A stretch of 64,000 nucleotides of DNA from Candidatus Hydrogenedentota bacterium (lineage in GTDB: Bacteria; Hydrogenedentota; Hydrogenedentia; Hydrogenedentales; SLHB01). Of this stretch, positions 33,171 to 42,873 are shown in pieces; the stretch's first letter is position 1; every line of letters starts with the position of its first letter. The stretch is from NCBI GenBank assembly GCA_963745075.1, contig CAVUWV010000001.1, positions 1 to 64,000 of the forward strand, given 5' to 3'. The position numbers were made by a program, and so were the translations under genes. Under the pieces are notes generated by a model. That model was not told the DNA's origin. It did not search any database and worked only from the letters and a program-made list of their open reading frames with translations.

Positions 33171-34082
33171 CTATTTCGAATTCACCGTCGTGTAGTACCG
33201 GAGGCGCAGAAATCCCTGTGCGGGCCCCTGGCTGGGGGCAGACGCCAGGCACTCGACGGTATGGCTGCCGGGAACCTGGAACGCATGTTTCAGAACGGGC
33301 GCGGAAGAAACCACCACCCCATCGATGCACCAGACGTGTTTCTCATAGCCACGCGGCGGAGTGAACTCTGTTTCGGTGTTGATGGTGACTTCGGTCGGAA
33401 CTCCTGGCGCAGGCACGACCCTGGTGTATGCCGTAGCGGACGCCACGGCAGCAGTCTTGCCATTCTTTTTCTCGGTCTCGATGTACGTGACGACGTACTC
33501 GCCGGCCTCCCTGAAGGTGTACGTCAGTGCGTTCCGTTTCGGCTCCTCCGCCACGAAATTCCCGTTGATGAACCACGCACAAGTATGTCTGCGCTCGAGC
33601 TTGGTCGCCACGGTCAATTCGAGCGTCTGGCCCTCGTAATACACGGGTCGCAGTTCGATCTGGATCTCCCGCCGTGCGGTTGAGATTGCGATCCCCAATG
33701 TCTCCTCGATCTTCTTCTCGGATTGCCTCGCAAGTGCCGCCCTTTTCGCGACGATGTTGGGCATGTCGCGGCGAGGTATGAAGACCGGCACGATCACAGC
33801 TCCTCCGGCGGTTTCGACGGTTACATCGTAACTACCTGCATCGAGAATCTCGCTCGGCGCAAAGTCGTGGCCGCTGGGGAAAAACTGCCAACCGCGAATG
33901 TCCTTTACAGGGACCGGTACGCCGTCTTTCGTCAGCTTACTGGTTGCCGACTGTTGCGGCGACATGAAGATTGCGCTCGTGGAATTGGTCGTAATCGCTC
34001 CATTGCTCAGGGCAGCCGACAGGCACAAGACCAAGAGAACGCTCACGGTGCTGCCCCCGTGGAAGTAGCTCGCCGTTTTCAT
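33171..34082 (-). CDS. Secreted hypothetical protein with PKD-like beta domains
   Basis: Signal-like N-terminus; two W.I(N/D)G..(TY/HA)F...G repeats; GAGGAG RBS. Confidence 0.65.
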   Translation of the reverse strand: MKTASYFHGGSTVSVLLVLCLSAALSNGAITTNSTSAIFMSPQQSATSKLTKDGVPVPVKDIRGWQFFPSGHDFAPSEILDAGSYDVTVETAGGAVIVPVFIPRRDMPNIVAKRAALARQSEKKIEETLGIAISTARREIQIELRPVYYEGQTLELTVATKLERRHTCAWFINGNFVAEEPKRNALTYTFREAGEYVVTYIETEKKNGKTAAVASATAYTRVVPAPGVPTEVTINTETEFTPPRGYEKHVWCIDGVVVSSAPVLKHAFQVPGSHTVECLASAPSQGPAQGFLRLRYYTTVNSK

Positions 34083-34457
34083 AATCAATTCTCCTCTTGT
34101 GATGGTCAAGTACCTCATTCTCGGTTCCGGGCCGACCAGCGGAGGGAAAGCACGACGGTTCGCGTGCCCTCCGGCCTTAAATCGCACGATTCACGGTCAG
34201 AACGATCGCGATAACAGGGCAAGTCAGTTCGGCCGCCCAGTAAGAAGTGAGCACCCCCTGCAGCTAGAGGATGATCAAAAGGAACAAGACCACTCCAAAC
34301 ATTTTTGCCTCTTTTGTCGCAGCCCCGCATCAATGTGAATCAACCACCGGCGGGCTACGACCGCGCAGCCTCTTCTGAACTGACCGCCGCCGCAAAGCGC
34401 AACTTGTCAGAGTGGCTTGGGTGATCGCACGGGGCGTGTGCGGCCTTACCTGCCGCG

Positions 34458-34664
34458 TCAGTCTTTCAAGATGAACGTAATTTTCATGAGCACCCGGTAC
34501 TCGGTGATCTCACCTTCGGAATCAACCAGTGCCTCGTGGCTTTGAATCCACGTGGATTTGACGTTCTTGAGCGTTTTATGCGCCCTTTCAATCCCTTCGG
34601 ATATTGCCGCATCGAAGCTCTCCGTAGAAGACGCCTTAATCTCAGTAATTCGTGCAATCGACAT
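34458..34664 (-). CDS. Dodecin-family protein (copy B)
   Basis: Near-identical to copy A; GAGGAG RBS. Confidence 0.92.
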   Translation of the reverse strand: MSIARITEIKASSTESFDAAISEGIERAHKTLKNVKSTWIQSHEALVDSEGEITEYRVLMKITFILKD

Positions 34665-34823
34665 TTGGAATCTCCTCACTTTGAATCGTGCATTCGACAC
34701 ATTGGCCAATCGCCCTGCCAACGCCCCGGTCTACCGAGTCACTCTGCGGCAGGGGCGGAGGCGTGGTCGTGCGGCCTGTGGTTTGGGCCACGTAGCCTAG
34801 CAACTATTGTTAGGCTTCACACC

Positions 34824-34876
34824 ACTAGGCCAAAACTACGTAAATCCTAGACAAAAACTCGTAAAGTTTTGGCAAA
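34824..34876 (-). promoter_or_regulatory. 4x11-bp box promoter (copy 3), upstream of dodecin B
   Basis: TTTGCC-TTTACG-TTTGTC-TTTACG (one spacer 1 nt short, in an A-run), 9 nt, CCTAGT. Confidence 0.75.
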
Positions 34877-35065
34877 CAACTCCGCACCGTGCGAAATCGT
34901 CAAGGAGCCGGCATGCATGTATCACATTTCGACAAGTGTGGAGCCCCACAAAGAACGTCCGGCGGCAACGCGGCGATACAGGTGAACACGGACCGTTCCG
35001 TCGTCATGTGCGCCACCAATTTGGCGTGCAGCGACTCTACTTATCGCGGAAAGTACAAGGTTGGG

Positions 35066-35188
35066 CTATGAAATCCCGATCGCTCCCAACAACCAGTACA
35101 AGATGAGAAAGACGATGATGGTGCCGAAAAGCCCGCCGCCCCATTTCCAGGCGCCGGCGCCAGCGAGCCCTGTGCGAAGAAGACCCAT
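35066..35188 (-). CDS. 40-aa single-TM membrane peptide
   Basis: AAGGAG RBS; MGLLRTGLAGAGAWKWGGGLFGTIIVFLILYWLLGAIGIS; conserved paralog at 32636. Confidence 0.8.
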   Translation of the reverse strand: MGLLRTGLAGAGAWKWGGGLFGTIIVFLILYWLLGAIGIS

Positions 35189-35431
35189 GGTAGTAGCTCC
35201 TTTTCGTGTTTGATTCACGTCCCGGATCAACAGTCTATTTTCAACCATCACGCGCCCGGCCATGAGCTGCGTATGGCGAGTATTCTGGAAGAGACTTCCC
35301 TTCATTCGTGCACGCATCGAGGGGCAAGCAAGAAGCGCGTAACCGTCGTGGGACACCTCCTCCATCAAGGGGCTGCGCGTTGGCGGGAACCTTTCGGACG
35401 TCGCCTGGCAGCCACCGTTAAGCTTTGTATC

Positions 35432-35485
35432 ATTAGGCCAGAACTACGTAAATGCAGGTCAAAGAATTCGTAAAGTTTCGGCAAA
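35432..35485 (-). promoter_or_regulatory. 4x11-bp box promoter (copy 4)
   Basis: TTTGCC-TTTACG-TTTGAC-TTTACG, 9 nt, CCTAAT. Confidence 0.8.
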
Positions 35486-35584
35486 TGATTCCGCTGCATG
35501 CGAAACCGCCACGGAGGCGGCAGTCGTCGACGGTGGTCGGCAAAGGTCGAGCGCACGAGAACGCTCGGCGGAATTGGATGTGTG

Positions 35585-37480
35585 TCACGCGGACGCGGAT
35601 ATGGGTTGTGGTTGTGCGGCGTTCTTCGCCTCCTCGTACGCCAGGATTGGCAGCCAGTCGGTCAACTGCTTGCGCGTTTCCAGCAAGGTAGTCGCCATCA
35701 GGTCCGCCCCTACCTCTTGAAGTTGTTCCCGATTCACGTCCACGTTGTCCTTGAGACCCCAGCGTCCCACGATAATCTTGAGATCCGGGTGCCGTGTCTT
35801 AAGCCGTTTGCACAGGTAGCGCGTGTGGGCCAGTCCACCCGGCGGCAACGCGCCGATGCAGATGAGCGCAGACTTCGCCTCGGTTACATGCGCGACGAGT
35901 TCTGCGGTCAATGTCTCCAATACCGTCACCTCCACTTCCCATTCGTCCGGGTTGAGGAGTTGACGCAACATATCGAGCGCCAGCTTATCCGCGTCGTCAC
36001 GAGCCGGACACGCGAGAATGCGAACCTTGGAGGGTAGTGCTTGGGCCCCTTCGACCGACCGTCCTTTTGTCGCCGCCAACACCGCGGCCGACCGACGCTC
36101 GCCCAAATCTTCCAGCACTTCGTGCGTCGCCTGGATGATGAATTTTTCGTCGGATTCCGTGAGCAAGTCCCGCTCTCGATCCCGCTTTGTGTAGACCAGC
36201 GCCGGCACCAGCAGTTCATCGTAGACCTGTTCGGGAGGAGAAGCTTTGGCGTGTGCTAAGACTAACTGTGCCGCCTCATCCTGGTCTCGCGCCAAAAGCC
36301 GCTGGTAGTAACTCACATCCGGGTCCAGCGCCGGTACATCGCCAAGAAGCACGGCAAAGAACTCTAACTCGGGGACGTGCTTCCCGAGGACCACGAGGCA
36401 GACCGTCAGAGGGCCCGACAGAACCAGGCCGATGGGTCCCCACAGAAAAGTCCAGAACGCGGCGGCGATCAGCATGGCCACCACGGAGACGCCGATGCTG
36501 CGACCGTACAGCCACGGCTCCACGGCGTTGTTCCAAACGAGTTCCAGGACCAGGAAGAGTCCGACCACCGCGAGCGGCAGCCACCAACCGGGGAACAGGG
36601 CCAGGCTGAGGGCAATTGGAAGCAGCGCCGCGAGGGGCGCCCCGACGTAGGGAACGTAGCGAAGGACCGCGGCGAGAAAACCCCAGAGCAGAACGTAGTC
36701 GACGCCAATGAAGTACAAGGCCAGGCCCCAAGTCAGGCCGTACGTTCCGTTCACGGCGAGCTGCGTGAGCAGGTAGCGGCTGATGCGCTCCCCCGCGTCG
36801 TCTATGGCCTTGGTCGTCGCAGTCATGCGCCCATTTCCCAATAAGCGGATCAGACGATTACGCAGGGCCTCGCGTTCCAGGAGCATGAACACGACCAGCA
36901 CTAGCGCCAGGGCCAAACCGCCGAGCGACGCCACCACAGAGTTGAACATGGCCGGTAACCACGAAAGCCACGCTGGGATTTCCGGCTGAGCTATCGCGGC
37001 AGGAGCCAGGCGTTCCGGAGGAACCTCTACGGCAACCGGCTTCGTCGCCTCCCCTTCCGGGTTCGCCGACGGTTTCTCCCACTCCCCGGTAATGTCCTGG
37101 GACAATTTGCCAAGGCGTTCCATGTCATCGCCATGGCCCATCCGTCGCAGGTCCTTGACCTTATCCCGGATGTTTTCAGTGTAAGTGGGTAGTTCATGGG
37201 CCAAGCTCGCGAGTTCGACCTTGACCAGCCATACAACGCCCCCTAGAGCCAGGGAGGCGAGCAGGACGACTACGACAACCGAAAGTCTTCGTCCCAAGTG
37301 CCAACGCTGTAGGGCCGTGACAAGCGGGGCAAGCAGAAAAGCCAGGAACAAGGCCAAGGCAACCGGAATGAGCACCGTCTGCGCCCAATACAAGCCGCCT
37401 ATCACGACGACCCCGACGACGGTGCCTGCCAGCACGGTCAGGGTAGCCTGACGAGCGGGAGCGACGAACAATTTCGCCAT
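35585..37480 (-). CDS. AI-2E family transporter with C-terminal Rossmann-like extension
   Basis: LRYVPYVGA, EPWLYG and WGPIGLVLSGPLT motifs. Confidence 0.9.
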   Translation of the reverse strand: MAKLFVAPARQATLTVLAGTVVGVVVIGGLYWAQTVLIPVALALFLAFLLAPLVTALQRWHLGRRLSVVVVVLLASLALGGVVWLVKVELASLAHELPTYTENIRDKVKDLRRMGHGDDMERLGKLSQDITGEWEKPSANPEGEATKPVAVEVPPERLAPAAIAQPEIPAWLSWLPAMFNSVVASLGGLALALVLVVFMLLEREALRNRLIRLLGNGRMTATTKAIDDAGERISRYLLTQLAVNGTYGLTWGLALYFIGVDYVLLWGFLAAVLRYVPYVGAPLAALLPIALSLALFPGWWLPLAVVGLFLVLELVWNNAVEPWLYGRSIGVSVVAMLIAAAFWTFLWGPIGLVLSGPLTVCLVVLGKHVPELEFFAVLLGDVPALDPDVSYYQRLLARDQDEAAQLVLAHAKASPPEQVYDELLVPALVYTKRDRERDLLTESDEKFIIQATHEVLEDLGERRSAAVLAATKGRSVEGAQALPSKVRILACPARDDADKLALDMLRQLLNPDEWEVEVTVLETLTAELVAHVTEAKSALICIGALPPGGLAHTRYLCKRLKTRHPDLKIIVGRWGLKDNVDVNREQLQEVGADLMATTLLETRKQLTDWLPILAYEEAKNAAQPQPISASA

Positions 37481-37705
37481 CAATCAAGACCTCCAAAAGA
37501 GTGCAACGATAAAGAGGCTGTTCGCGGCCTGCTCCTACTTGTCGCACTCACGTCACGAAATCGTTCGCGCAATCAGTATGGCTAGCCCGGACCTCGCCGC
37601 GACGCTCTTGCTACACGTCGGGGTGCATCGGGCACGTGTAAATGGGGTGGGCTGCAGAGGATTTGACCTTCGCCGTCGAACGGTTGCCGTGATCATGCGC
37701 GGGTG

Positions 37706-37891
37706 TTATCCACAGCAGCACCCGCGCTTGCCTTCCGGCTTAGCATGGGCGGGCGCGGACAAGAACTCTGTCCGACAGTGTTCGCTGCAGAAGTAGAATG
37801 CTTTTCCATCGCGCTCGGCGTGGAGAGCGGTTGCTTCGTCCACCGTCATTCCGCAGATGGGGTCTTTGGTTTCGGATTTCGAGTCTTTCAT
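37706..37891 (-). CDS. YHS-domain protein
   Basis: KDPICGMTV..FYFCSEHC; C-terminal CCC. Confidence 0.88.
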   Translation of the reverse strand: MKDSKSETKDPICGMTVDEATALHAERDGKAFYFCSEHCRTEFLSAPAHAKPEGKRGCCCG

Positions 37892-37924
37892 GATCGTGCT
37901 TCCTTCTCCGGTCACTATTGCCTA

Positions 37925-38290
37925 TCAATCGTTTTCAGTGGTCTCCACAAATGGCGCTATCGGACAATCCAGCGTATCGGCGATGGCGCGAATCAATTCG
38001 GCATCGCGATCCTGGATCAAACCATCCGCACTGACGACATGAACGCAGGCTTCGATAAAACTCCGTTTGATTTGCGGCACGGCCGACGCGAGGCAATCGA
38101 GCGCGGTCTCGACCAGATTCCGATTCAGGTCTTAGCGCCGCTTGAGCTGCACGTCAATTTGTGTGTAATCGTCTTTGAAACGATTGTGTAGTTCGACGAG
38201 TTTGTTGTAGATACCGACAACGAACAAAGCCGCAATCAATGCCAGCGTCGCCAGCACGATGATGACATTCAGTAAAGCAGTCATGACCAT
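37925..38290 (-). pseudogene. lemA 5' end fused in frame to the 3' end of an M48-type peptidase gene
   Basis: IYNKLV..QIDVQLKRR*DL..LVETA is followed by ADG.IQ..AELIRAIADTLDCPIAPF. Confidence 0.7.
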
Positions 38291-38385
38291 CTCTTTTCTT
38301 TGGTTAAGTATCCGGGCAAAGCGCCGGTCCCGGGGCCGTAATCGGCTCTGCTAGAACGACCGTAAGCGTTCACTACTCGCTCCAA

Positions 38386-38781
38386 TCAGGCTGCCGCCAT
38401 CTTCATAATGTTGACCAACGTGTCCTCCACTTCCTGTGCTACACCTTTCAGTTGGGGCGAGTTGAACATTCCCAGCAGCGTGGTTGGCTTCAATGTAGCC
38501 AGAATAGTTCTTCCGCCTTCCTCGAAGATGGAGATCCGGCATGGTAGCGCGGTCGAGACGCTCATATTTTCATCGAGCACCTTCTTCGCTTGTTGCGGTT
38601 GACACACTTCGAAGATTAGGCATTCGCGGGCAAACTCGACGCCCTTCTTCTCCATGGTCTCTTTGAGGTCATGCACCTGCATGACGCCAAAGTGATTGGC
38701 CTGGACCGCAGCCTGCAAGGCTGCCGCCGTATCCTCTACCGTTTTCTCCGTGGGCAGTTTGATCAGCATAGGTTTGCTCAC
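38386..38781 (-). CDS. DUF302 domain protein
   Basis: FGVMQVHDL..IFEVCQP..ALPCRISI. Confidence 0.9.
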   Translation of the reverse strand: MSKPMLIKLPTEKTVEDTAAALQAAVQANHFGVMQVHDLKETMEKKGVEFARECLIFEVCQPQQAKKVLDENMSVSTALPCRISIFEEGGRTILATLKPTTLLGMFNSPQLKGVAQEVEDTLVNIMKMAAA

Positions 38782-38954
38782 CTCCTTGCGACTTCATTTC
38801 GTAACAGCGCTGATCGCTGGCACACGCGCACCATCGTTCTCCATGAATTACGCGTTAGGGCGACTCAGCAGCGCTCGCGGTGGCGAGTGCCGCCCTGAGC
38901 CGCCTAAAAGAGATAGCGCTTCCGTTCAATGAGCTTGAGCGCCGTTACTTACGG

Positions 38955-39107
38955 TTACTTCTGGGCTCCTTCCGCCGCATTTTCGACGGCTTGGCCGCCT
39001 TTCTGAATGTCCTTGCCCGCACCCCTAAAGGTGTTGCAGCCGAGTGCTGAGATACTCAATAGCGCGACCAGAACCAATGCCGTGACGAATTTCTGATAGC
39101 CGTTCAT
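38955..39107 (-). CDS. Entericidin EcnA/B-family lipoprotein
   Basis: MNGYQKFVTALVLVALLSISALGCNTFRGAGKDIQKGGQAVENAAEGAQK (absent from the ORF track). Confidence 0.88.
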   Translation of the reverse strand: MNGYQKFVTALVLVALLSISALGCNTFRGAGKDIQKGGQAVENAAEGAQK

Positions 39108-39249
39108 CTTAAGGTTTCCTTCGCATGGGGTGTTTACTGGTTAGTTCGTGTCTAAATAACAATAAGCGCCGTATCCACTGGGCCGGACGCCGCGCCCGCC
39201 AACGCGTGAACGCCTCTCCAATAAGTACTCTTCTGCGCCTGCTCCTCAA

Positions 39250-39846
39250 TCACACGTCCGCTGTATTGTTATAAGGCGCCTTTGGACCACTTGATTGTCC
39301 GGACGAACTGTTGGAGCCATTGTTCCTGGCACCCACTGGCCGCGCGATTGATTTAGACACTTGTTTTGTGACGATCTCTCGGACGAGTTCAATCAGCGAT
39401 CCAAGGACGATCCCTTTCAACTCTGTAATCTCAGGTTGGAACGTGCTGCCCAGGTTGGCTAGCCAACTTGGTGAAGCCGCGGTGGCGGGCCGAGTGGGGT
39501 CTTTGCCATTGCTGATGTCGCTGACCCGGGTGTGCGGGTGCACGTCAGGATCCGCGCGGGCCAGAGTCGCGTTGTCACCCTTTCCGTCTTCTGCAGTGTG
39601 TCCAGACCGGTGGCTGCCCGAACGCATGCCTCCGAGGAACCCCAGCGCCGTTGCTCCCGCCAGAAGCGTCCAGGGCCGCTGCCGCATATGAAGCTTGAGG
39701 TCAAAGGTGTCTCGGACCGAATTCACGGAGTCCTTGACCGTCCTGACCGTTGCCGAGACCATGTATTCCAACTCTTCGAGCTTGCCGGTCAGGTCGTCCC
39801 GCGTCACATCCATCTGTTTCCGCATCGCATTGCCTTCGTTATCCAC
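39250..39846 (-). CDS. DUF3618/DUF883-like hypothetical protein
   Basis: RKQMDVTRDDLTGKLEELE coiled coil; RPWTLLAGA TM; follows a holin-like gene. Confidence 0.65.
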   Translation of the reverse strand: MDNEGNAMRKQMDVTRDDLTGKLEELEYMVSATVRTVKDSVNSVRDTFDLKLHMRQRPWTLLAGATALGFLGGMRSGSHRSGHTAEDGKGDNATLARADPDVHPHTRVSDISNGKDPTRPATAASPSWLANLGSTFQPEITELKGIVLGSLIELVREIVTKQVSKSIARPVGARNNGSNSSSGQSSGPKAPYNNTADV

Positions 39847-40231
39847 CGACGTTCTCCTTGCGGCCTTGCGTCAACGTGGCGGTCGCGGTATTGAAGAATC
39901 TGTACCTCTGAAACCCCATCAGGCACAGGGCTACGCCAAGGGCCGCGATGGGGGTGCCTACGATTCCGTAGCATCCCCACAAGGGGAGGACCGGCGCTAA
40001 CCGCGCCAGCAGGTGCACCACCATTCCGCAGAGCAAGACGCTGCCCATCACGACGATCGCAAAGCCGACTGCCACGATAGAACCAGCCTCCCGGGCGTGG
40101 TCGATTTCTCCCTTGATCTCATGCCGGAAGAGGGCCAGTTGTTGCTTGGTGAGTACATGGATATCCTCAATGATTCCGTTTACCAGCCCAAAGACACTGG
40201 CTTCCGGCCGCGTTTCCTGATCGTTCGACAT
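39839..40231 (-). CDS. Phage-holin-like (DUF1469/YhjD-type) membrane protein
   Basis: SVFGLVNGIIEDI..QQLALFRHEI plus two TM helices. Confidence 0.75.
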   Translation of the reverse strand: MSNDQETRPEASVFGLVNGIIEDIHVLTKQQLALFRHEIKGEIDHAREAGSIVAVGFAIVVMGSVLLCGMVVHLLARLAPVLPLWGCYGIVGTPIAALGVALCLMGFQRYRFFNTATATLTQGRKENVGG

Positions 40232-40235
40232 TGCA

Positions 40236-40682
40236 TTAGCTCCGCGGCGTCGTAGCCTTGGCGACCAGATACCCGGCGGCAACGCCGATGAGCAGGGCTG
40301 GAATGGGGTTGCGGCGGATTAAGTTCGTCAGGTCTTCGGCCATCTCCTTGACGCCCTCCTCCTGGAGGTAGCGGCCGGTGCTTTCCAAACTGTCGGCCAC
40401 TGCCGAGGAAGCATCGCCGGCTATGCCACCCTCTGGCCCACGGTCGCGGACAGAGTTGCCAAACGACCGGAGCCCACTTCCCACCGCGGAGCTGGCGTCT
40501 CCGGTCTTGTGACCCACGTAGGATGCTGCATCTTCTGCCTTGTGACCCACGTAGGAGGCCGCATCTTCTGCCTTGTGGCCCACGAAGGATGCGACATGCT
40601 CAACCCTTCCGGCGCGATCGGCGTCGAGGCAAGGCTGTATATCGTCATCTGAGTTCCGATTTGAGATCGTCGACTTGTCCAT
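40236..40682 (-). CDS. Hydrophilic protein with 11-mer repeats and DUF883-like tail
   Basis: AS(F/Y)VGHK(AE/TG)DA x3; IRRNPIPALLIGVAAGYL tail anchor. Confidence 0.75.
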   Translation of the reverse strand: MDKSTISNRNSDDDIQPCLDADRAGRVEHVASFVGHKAEDAASYVGHKAEDAASYVGHKTGDASSAVGSGLRSFGNSVRDRGPEGGIAGDASSAVADSLESTGRYLQEEGVKEMAEDLTNLIRRNPIPALLIGVAAGYLVAKATTPRS

Positions 40683-40764
40683 GGTGTATTTCCTTTTCGT
40701 GCTTTTCAGCGGGGAGGCGAGCGGCCGGTACCGATCGCGGAACCGCGCCGCCCGTCGCTTGTGC

Positions 40765-41205
40765 TTACTTCTCGTCTACGGTGATATTGAGCTCGGCGGT
40801 GGCGTCGGGGCCCTTCGTTGGGTGGCCCATCACTTTAACCGCGAAGTCGCCCAGGGCAGCATCGTCTGCTGCGTTCACGGTCACCTTCGCGTCCATGTCA
40901 CTGCGCATGATGACCGGGTCCATCGGATCGATTGTCACGCCGTTGGGTAGGTCGTTGAACATGAGCGTAACATCCTGGTCGATGTTCTTGCCCCGCTTGA
41001 TGCCGATCGTTACGGCTTTGGCCTCGCCTTGGGCAAGTTTCGTGGACATCATGGGCGTGTCGAGGCTGAACGTATCGTCCGTTTGCCCAATCGTGGCTTG
41101 CTCGGAGGCTGGAAGGGAGACTCCAGGACCGCCCGAGGTGCTCTTGTTGCAGCCGAAGGCGGCCACCATGGCTCCTAATAATAGTACCGCAATAACATGT
41201 TTCAT
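40765..41205 (-). CDS. Hypothetical lipoprotein (Ig-like)
   Basis: Signal ending AFGC; beta-rich body; AAGGA RBS. Confidence 0.75.
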   Translation of the reverse strand: MKHVIAVLLLGAMVAAFGCNKSTSGGPGVSLPASEQATIGQTDDTFSLDTPMMSTKLAQGEAKAVTIGIKRGKNIDQDVTLMFNDLPNGVTIDPMDPVIMRSDMDAKVTVNAADDAALGDFAVKVMGHPTKGPDATAELNITVDEK

Positions 41206-41305
41206 CAGTGAATATCCTTTCGTTGTTGTAGGGGGAGTCTCCGTCCCACATCGGGCGGGCGCGGTGTGTTCCACTAAAGGTTCAGCTCGCTGCTCGTGGA
41301 GGGGT

Positions 41306-41509
41306 CTACGGTTGGGCCAAGTCGTTGACCTTGTTGACCGCCTTCTCAGCCTTCTCTTTTCCGGCACCGTAGCCTTCCTGAAACTTGCCGGTAAGCTGAT
41401 CGCGTTGCCCGGCGATGATGGTCGAGTCGTCGTTCGTCACCTTGCCCCACTTTGCCTTGGCCCTTCCCTTTAGCTGTTTCCAGTTGCCTTTGACTTGATC
41501 CCAGTTCAT
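41306..41509 (-). CDS. csbD: CsbD-family general stress protein
   Basis: MNWDQVKGNWKQLKGRAKAKWGKVTNDD..G.RDQL.GK.QE.YG. Confidence 0.93.
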   Translation of the reverse strand: MNWDQVKGNWKQLKGRAKAKWGKVTNDDSTIIAGQRDQLTGKFQEGYGAGKEKAEKAVNKVNDLAQP

Positions 41510-41690
41510 TTCTATTCTCCTTGGAGAACGAGATCTCCGATTTCCGTGTATGTCACCCAGGGTTACTTCCACTCGACGGCGACGGGTTGAGTACGCGAGG
41601 TCGGCAAGTCCTGAAGGCGGACGACGTAGTTCGACTGAATCGGTTTCCGTCGCTTCTTCAACGCGGCCTGTCCACCCCATCAAGTTGCAT

Positions 41691-41912
41691 TTAGTGCTTT
41701 ATGAGCGGAAAGACCAATAATCCGGTGCCGATGACTATGGCGCCTGCGCCGGCCCAGATGGGAATGTTGACCGTCTCCTTCTCCGTGATGGTCAGCTCGA
41801 TCGGTCCCAACTTGGCGCCTTGCGACTCCTTGTTGTAGCTGAAGCCGCCGTACACCAGCCCCAGGATGCCGGCCACGATCAGCACAAGCGCCACTATCAT
41901 GTATGTCTTCAT
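41691..41912 (-). CDS. DUF3185-like small membrane protein
   Basis: LIVAGILGLVYGGFSY..KLGPIEL..NIPIWAG. Confidence 0.8.
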   Translation of the reverse strand: MKTYMIVALVLIVAGILGLVYGGFSYNKESQGAKLGPIELTITEKETVNIPIWAGAGAIVIGTGLLVFPLIKH

Positions 41913-42047
41913 TTTGTCTGCTCCTGTTGAGGAATCAGCGAATTTCAGTTACGGGCGGCGCTGGGATGGCCAGATTGGACAACCGGTTCTCCGGCAAGCG
42001 AGACCATTTCACCCCGCGCTACACCGCAATTTCGCGCGCTACGGTCG

Positions 42048-42197
42048 TTACACGACGCTTCGGCCTCGAATCACGCTAAGAAGTATTGCGATGACCGCGA
42101 TGACTAAGAGTACGTGAATCAATCCGCCCATCGTGTACGACGTGAGCAGGCCGAGTAGCCACAAGACGACCAGGACAACTATCAGTGTGTAAAGCAT
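42048..42197 (-). CDS. lmo0937-family small membrane protein
   Basis: MLYTLIVVLVVLWLLGLLTSYTMGGLIHVLLVIAVIAIL; AGGAG RBS. Confidence 0.88.
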   Translation of the reverse strand: MLYTLIVVLVVLWLLGLLTSYTMGGLIHVLLVIAVIAILLSVIRGRSVV

Positions 42198-42332
42198 TGT
42201 TTCTTCTCCTGTACGTGATTTCGTTTCTTCCGGAGCAGCAATTCCGCTCACGGATCTACGCTCAGCGGAGCGGTTCTTCCGGAAGTGAAAGGACAGCCCG
42301 TTCATTTCTATTGGGTGTTTCCACCGGTGTTT

Positions 42333-42740
42333 CTATCCGTTCGAATCTGCGCAAAACAGCGCGGAAATCGTGTGGCTTGATGTGACGTGGTCGAATGTGT
42401 AGCGCTCCACGGGCCCGACGGATCTTCCGTCAACGAACACATCCAACACACGGTTGCCGTTGTTTGGTTCGATGAGAAATGTCTGACTCGACCCGTGAGG
42501 CACGTTGGTGCCACCCGATGGACTAAGCAAACCGCCCGAATCTGACACCGCCATAATCGTGTTTTGCCGTTGATGTTGGTTTTGCTGCCCGTTCTCGCCA
42601 TTGTCGGCCGCGTTCTCAACGGCTCTTCCGCCGAGCTGGGCATCCATTCCAACGCCTCTGAACGTATTACATCCGGGCGCACCGAAGCCTGCTATTGCGC
42701 ACACCGCCAGCGCCATGACCACTCCGTTAAAGGTCTTCAT
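42333..42740 (-). CDS. Entericidin-like lipoprotein fused to an InlB-B-like beta-repeat domain
   Basis: GCNTFRGVGMD..AVENAA followed by GG.LSPSG..SQTF.IEP..DVFVDG.SVG..YTF..VT..HTISALF. Confidence 0.75.
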   Translation of the reverse strand: MKTFNGVVMALAVCAIAGFGAPGCNTFRGVGMDAQLGGRAVENAADNGENGQQNQHQRQNTIMAVSDSGGLLSPSGGTNVPHGSSQTFLIEPNNGNRVLDVFVDGRSVGPVERYTFDHVTSSHTISALFCADSNG

Positions 42741-42873
42741 ATCGACGTTCCTTGCATGAATCCCATGCGTCGCTCTCTTAGGAGCTAACTTTCTGGATGC
42801 AGGGGCATGCATTGCTCATCCGACGATGCACTGATGTCCAATCGATATCGGGTTGATGAGCAACCGAGCCCCA

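Noticed and set aside
39839..40231. Prophage, based on the holin-like gene
   Set aside because: This family commonly sits in stress clusters with DUF883/DUF3618 genes, and there are no phage structural, lysin or integrase genes.
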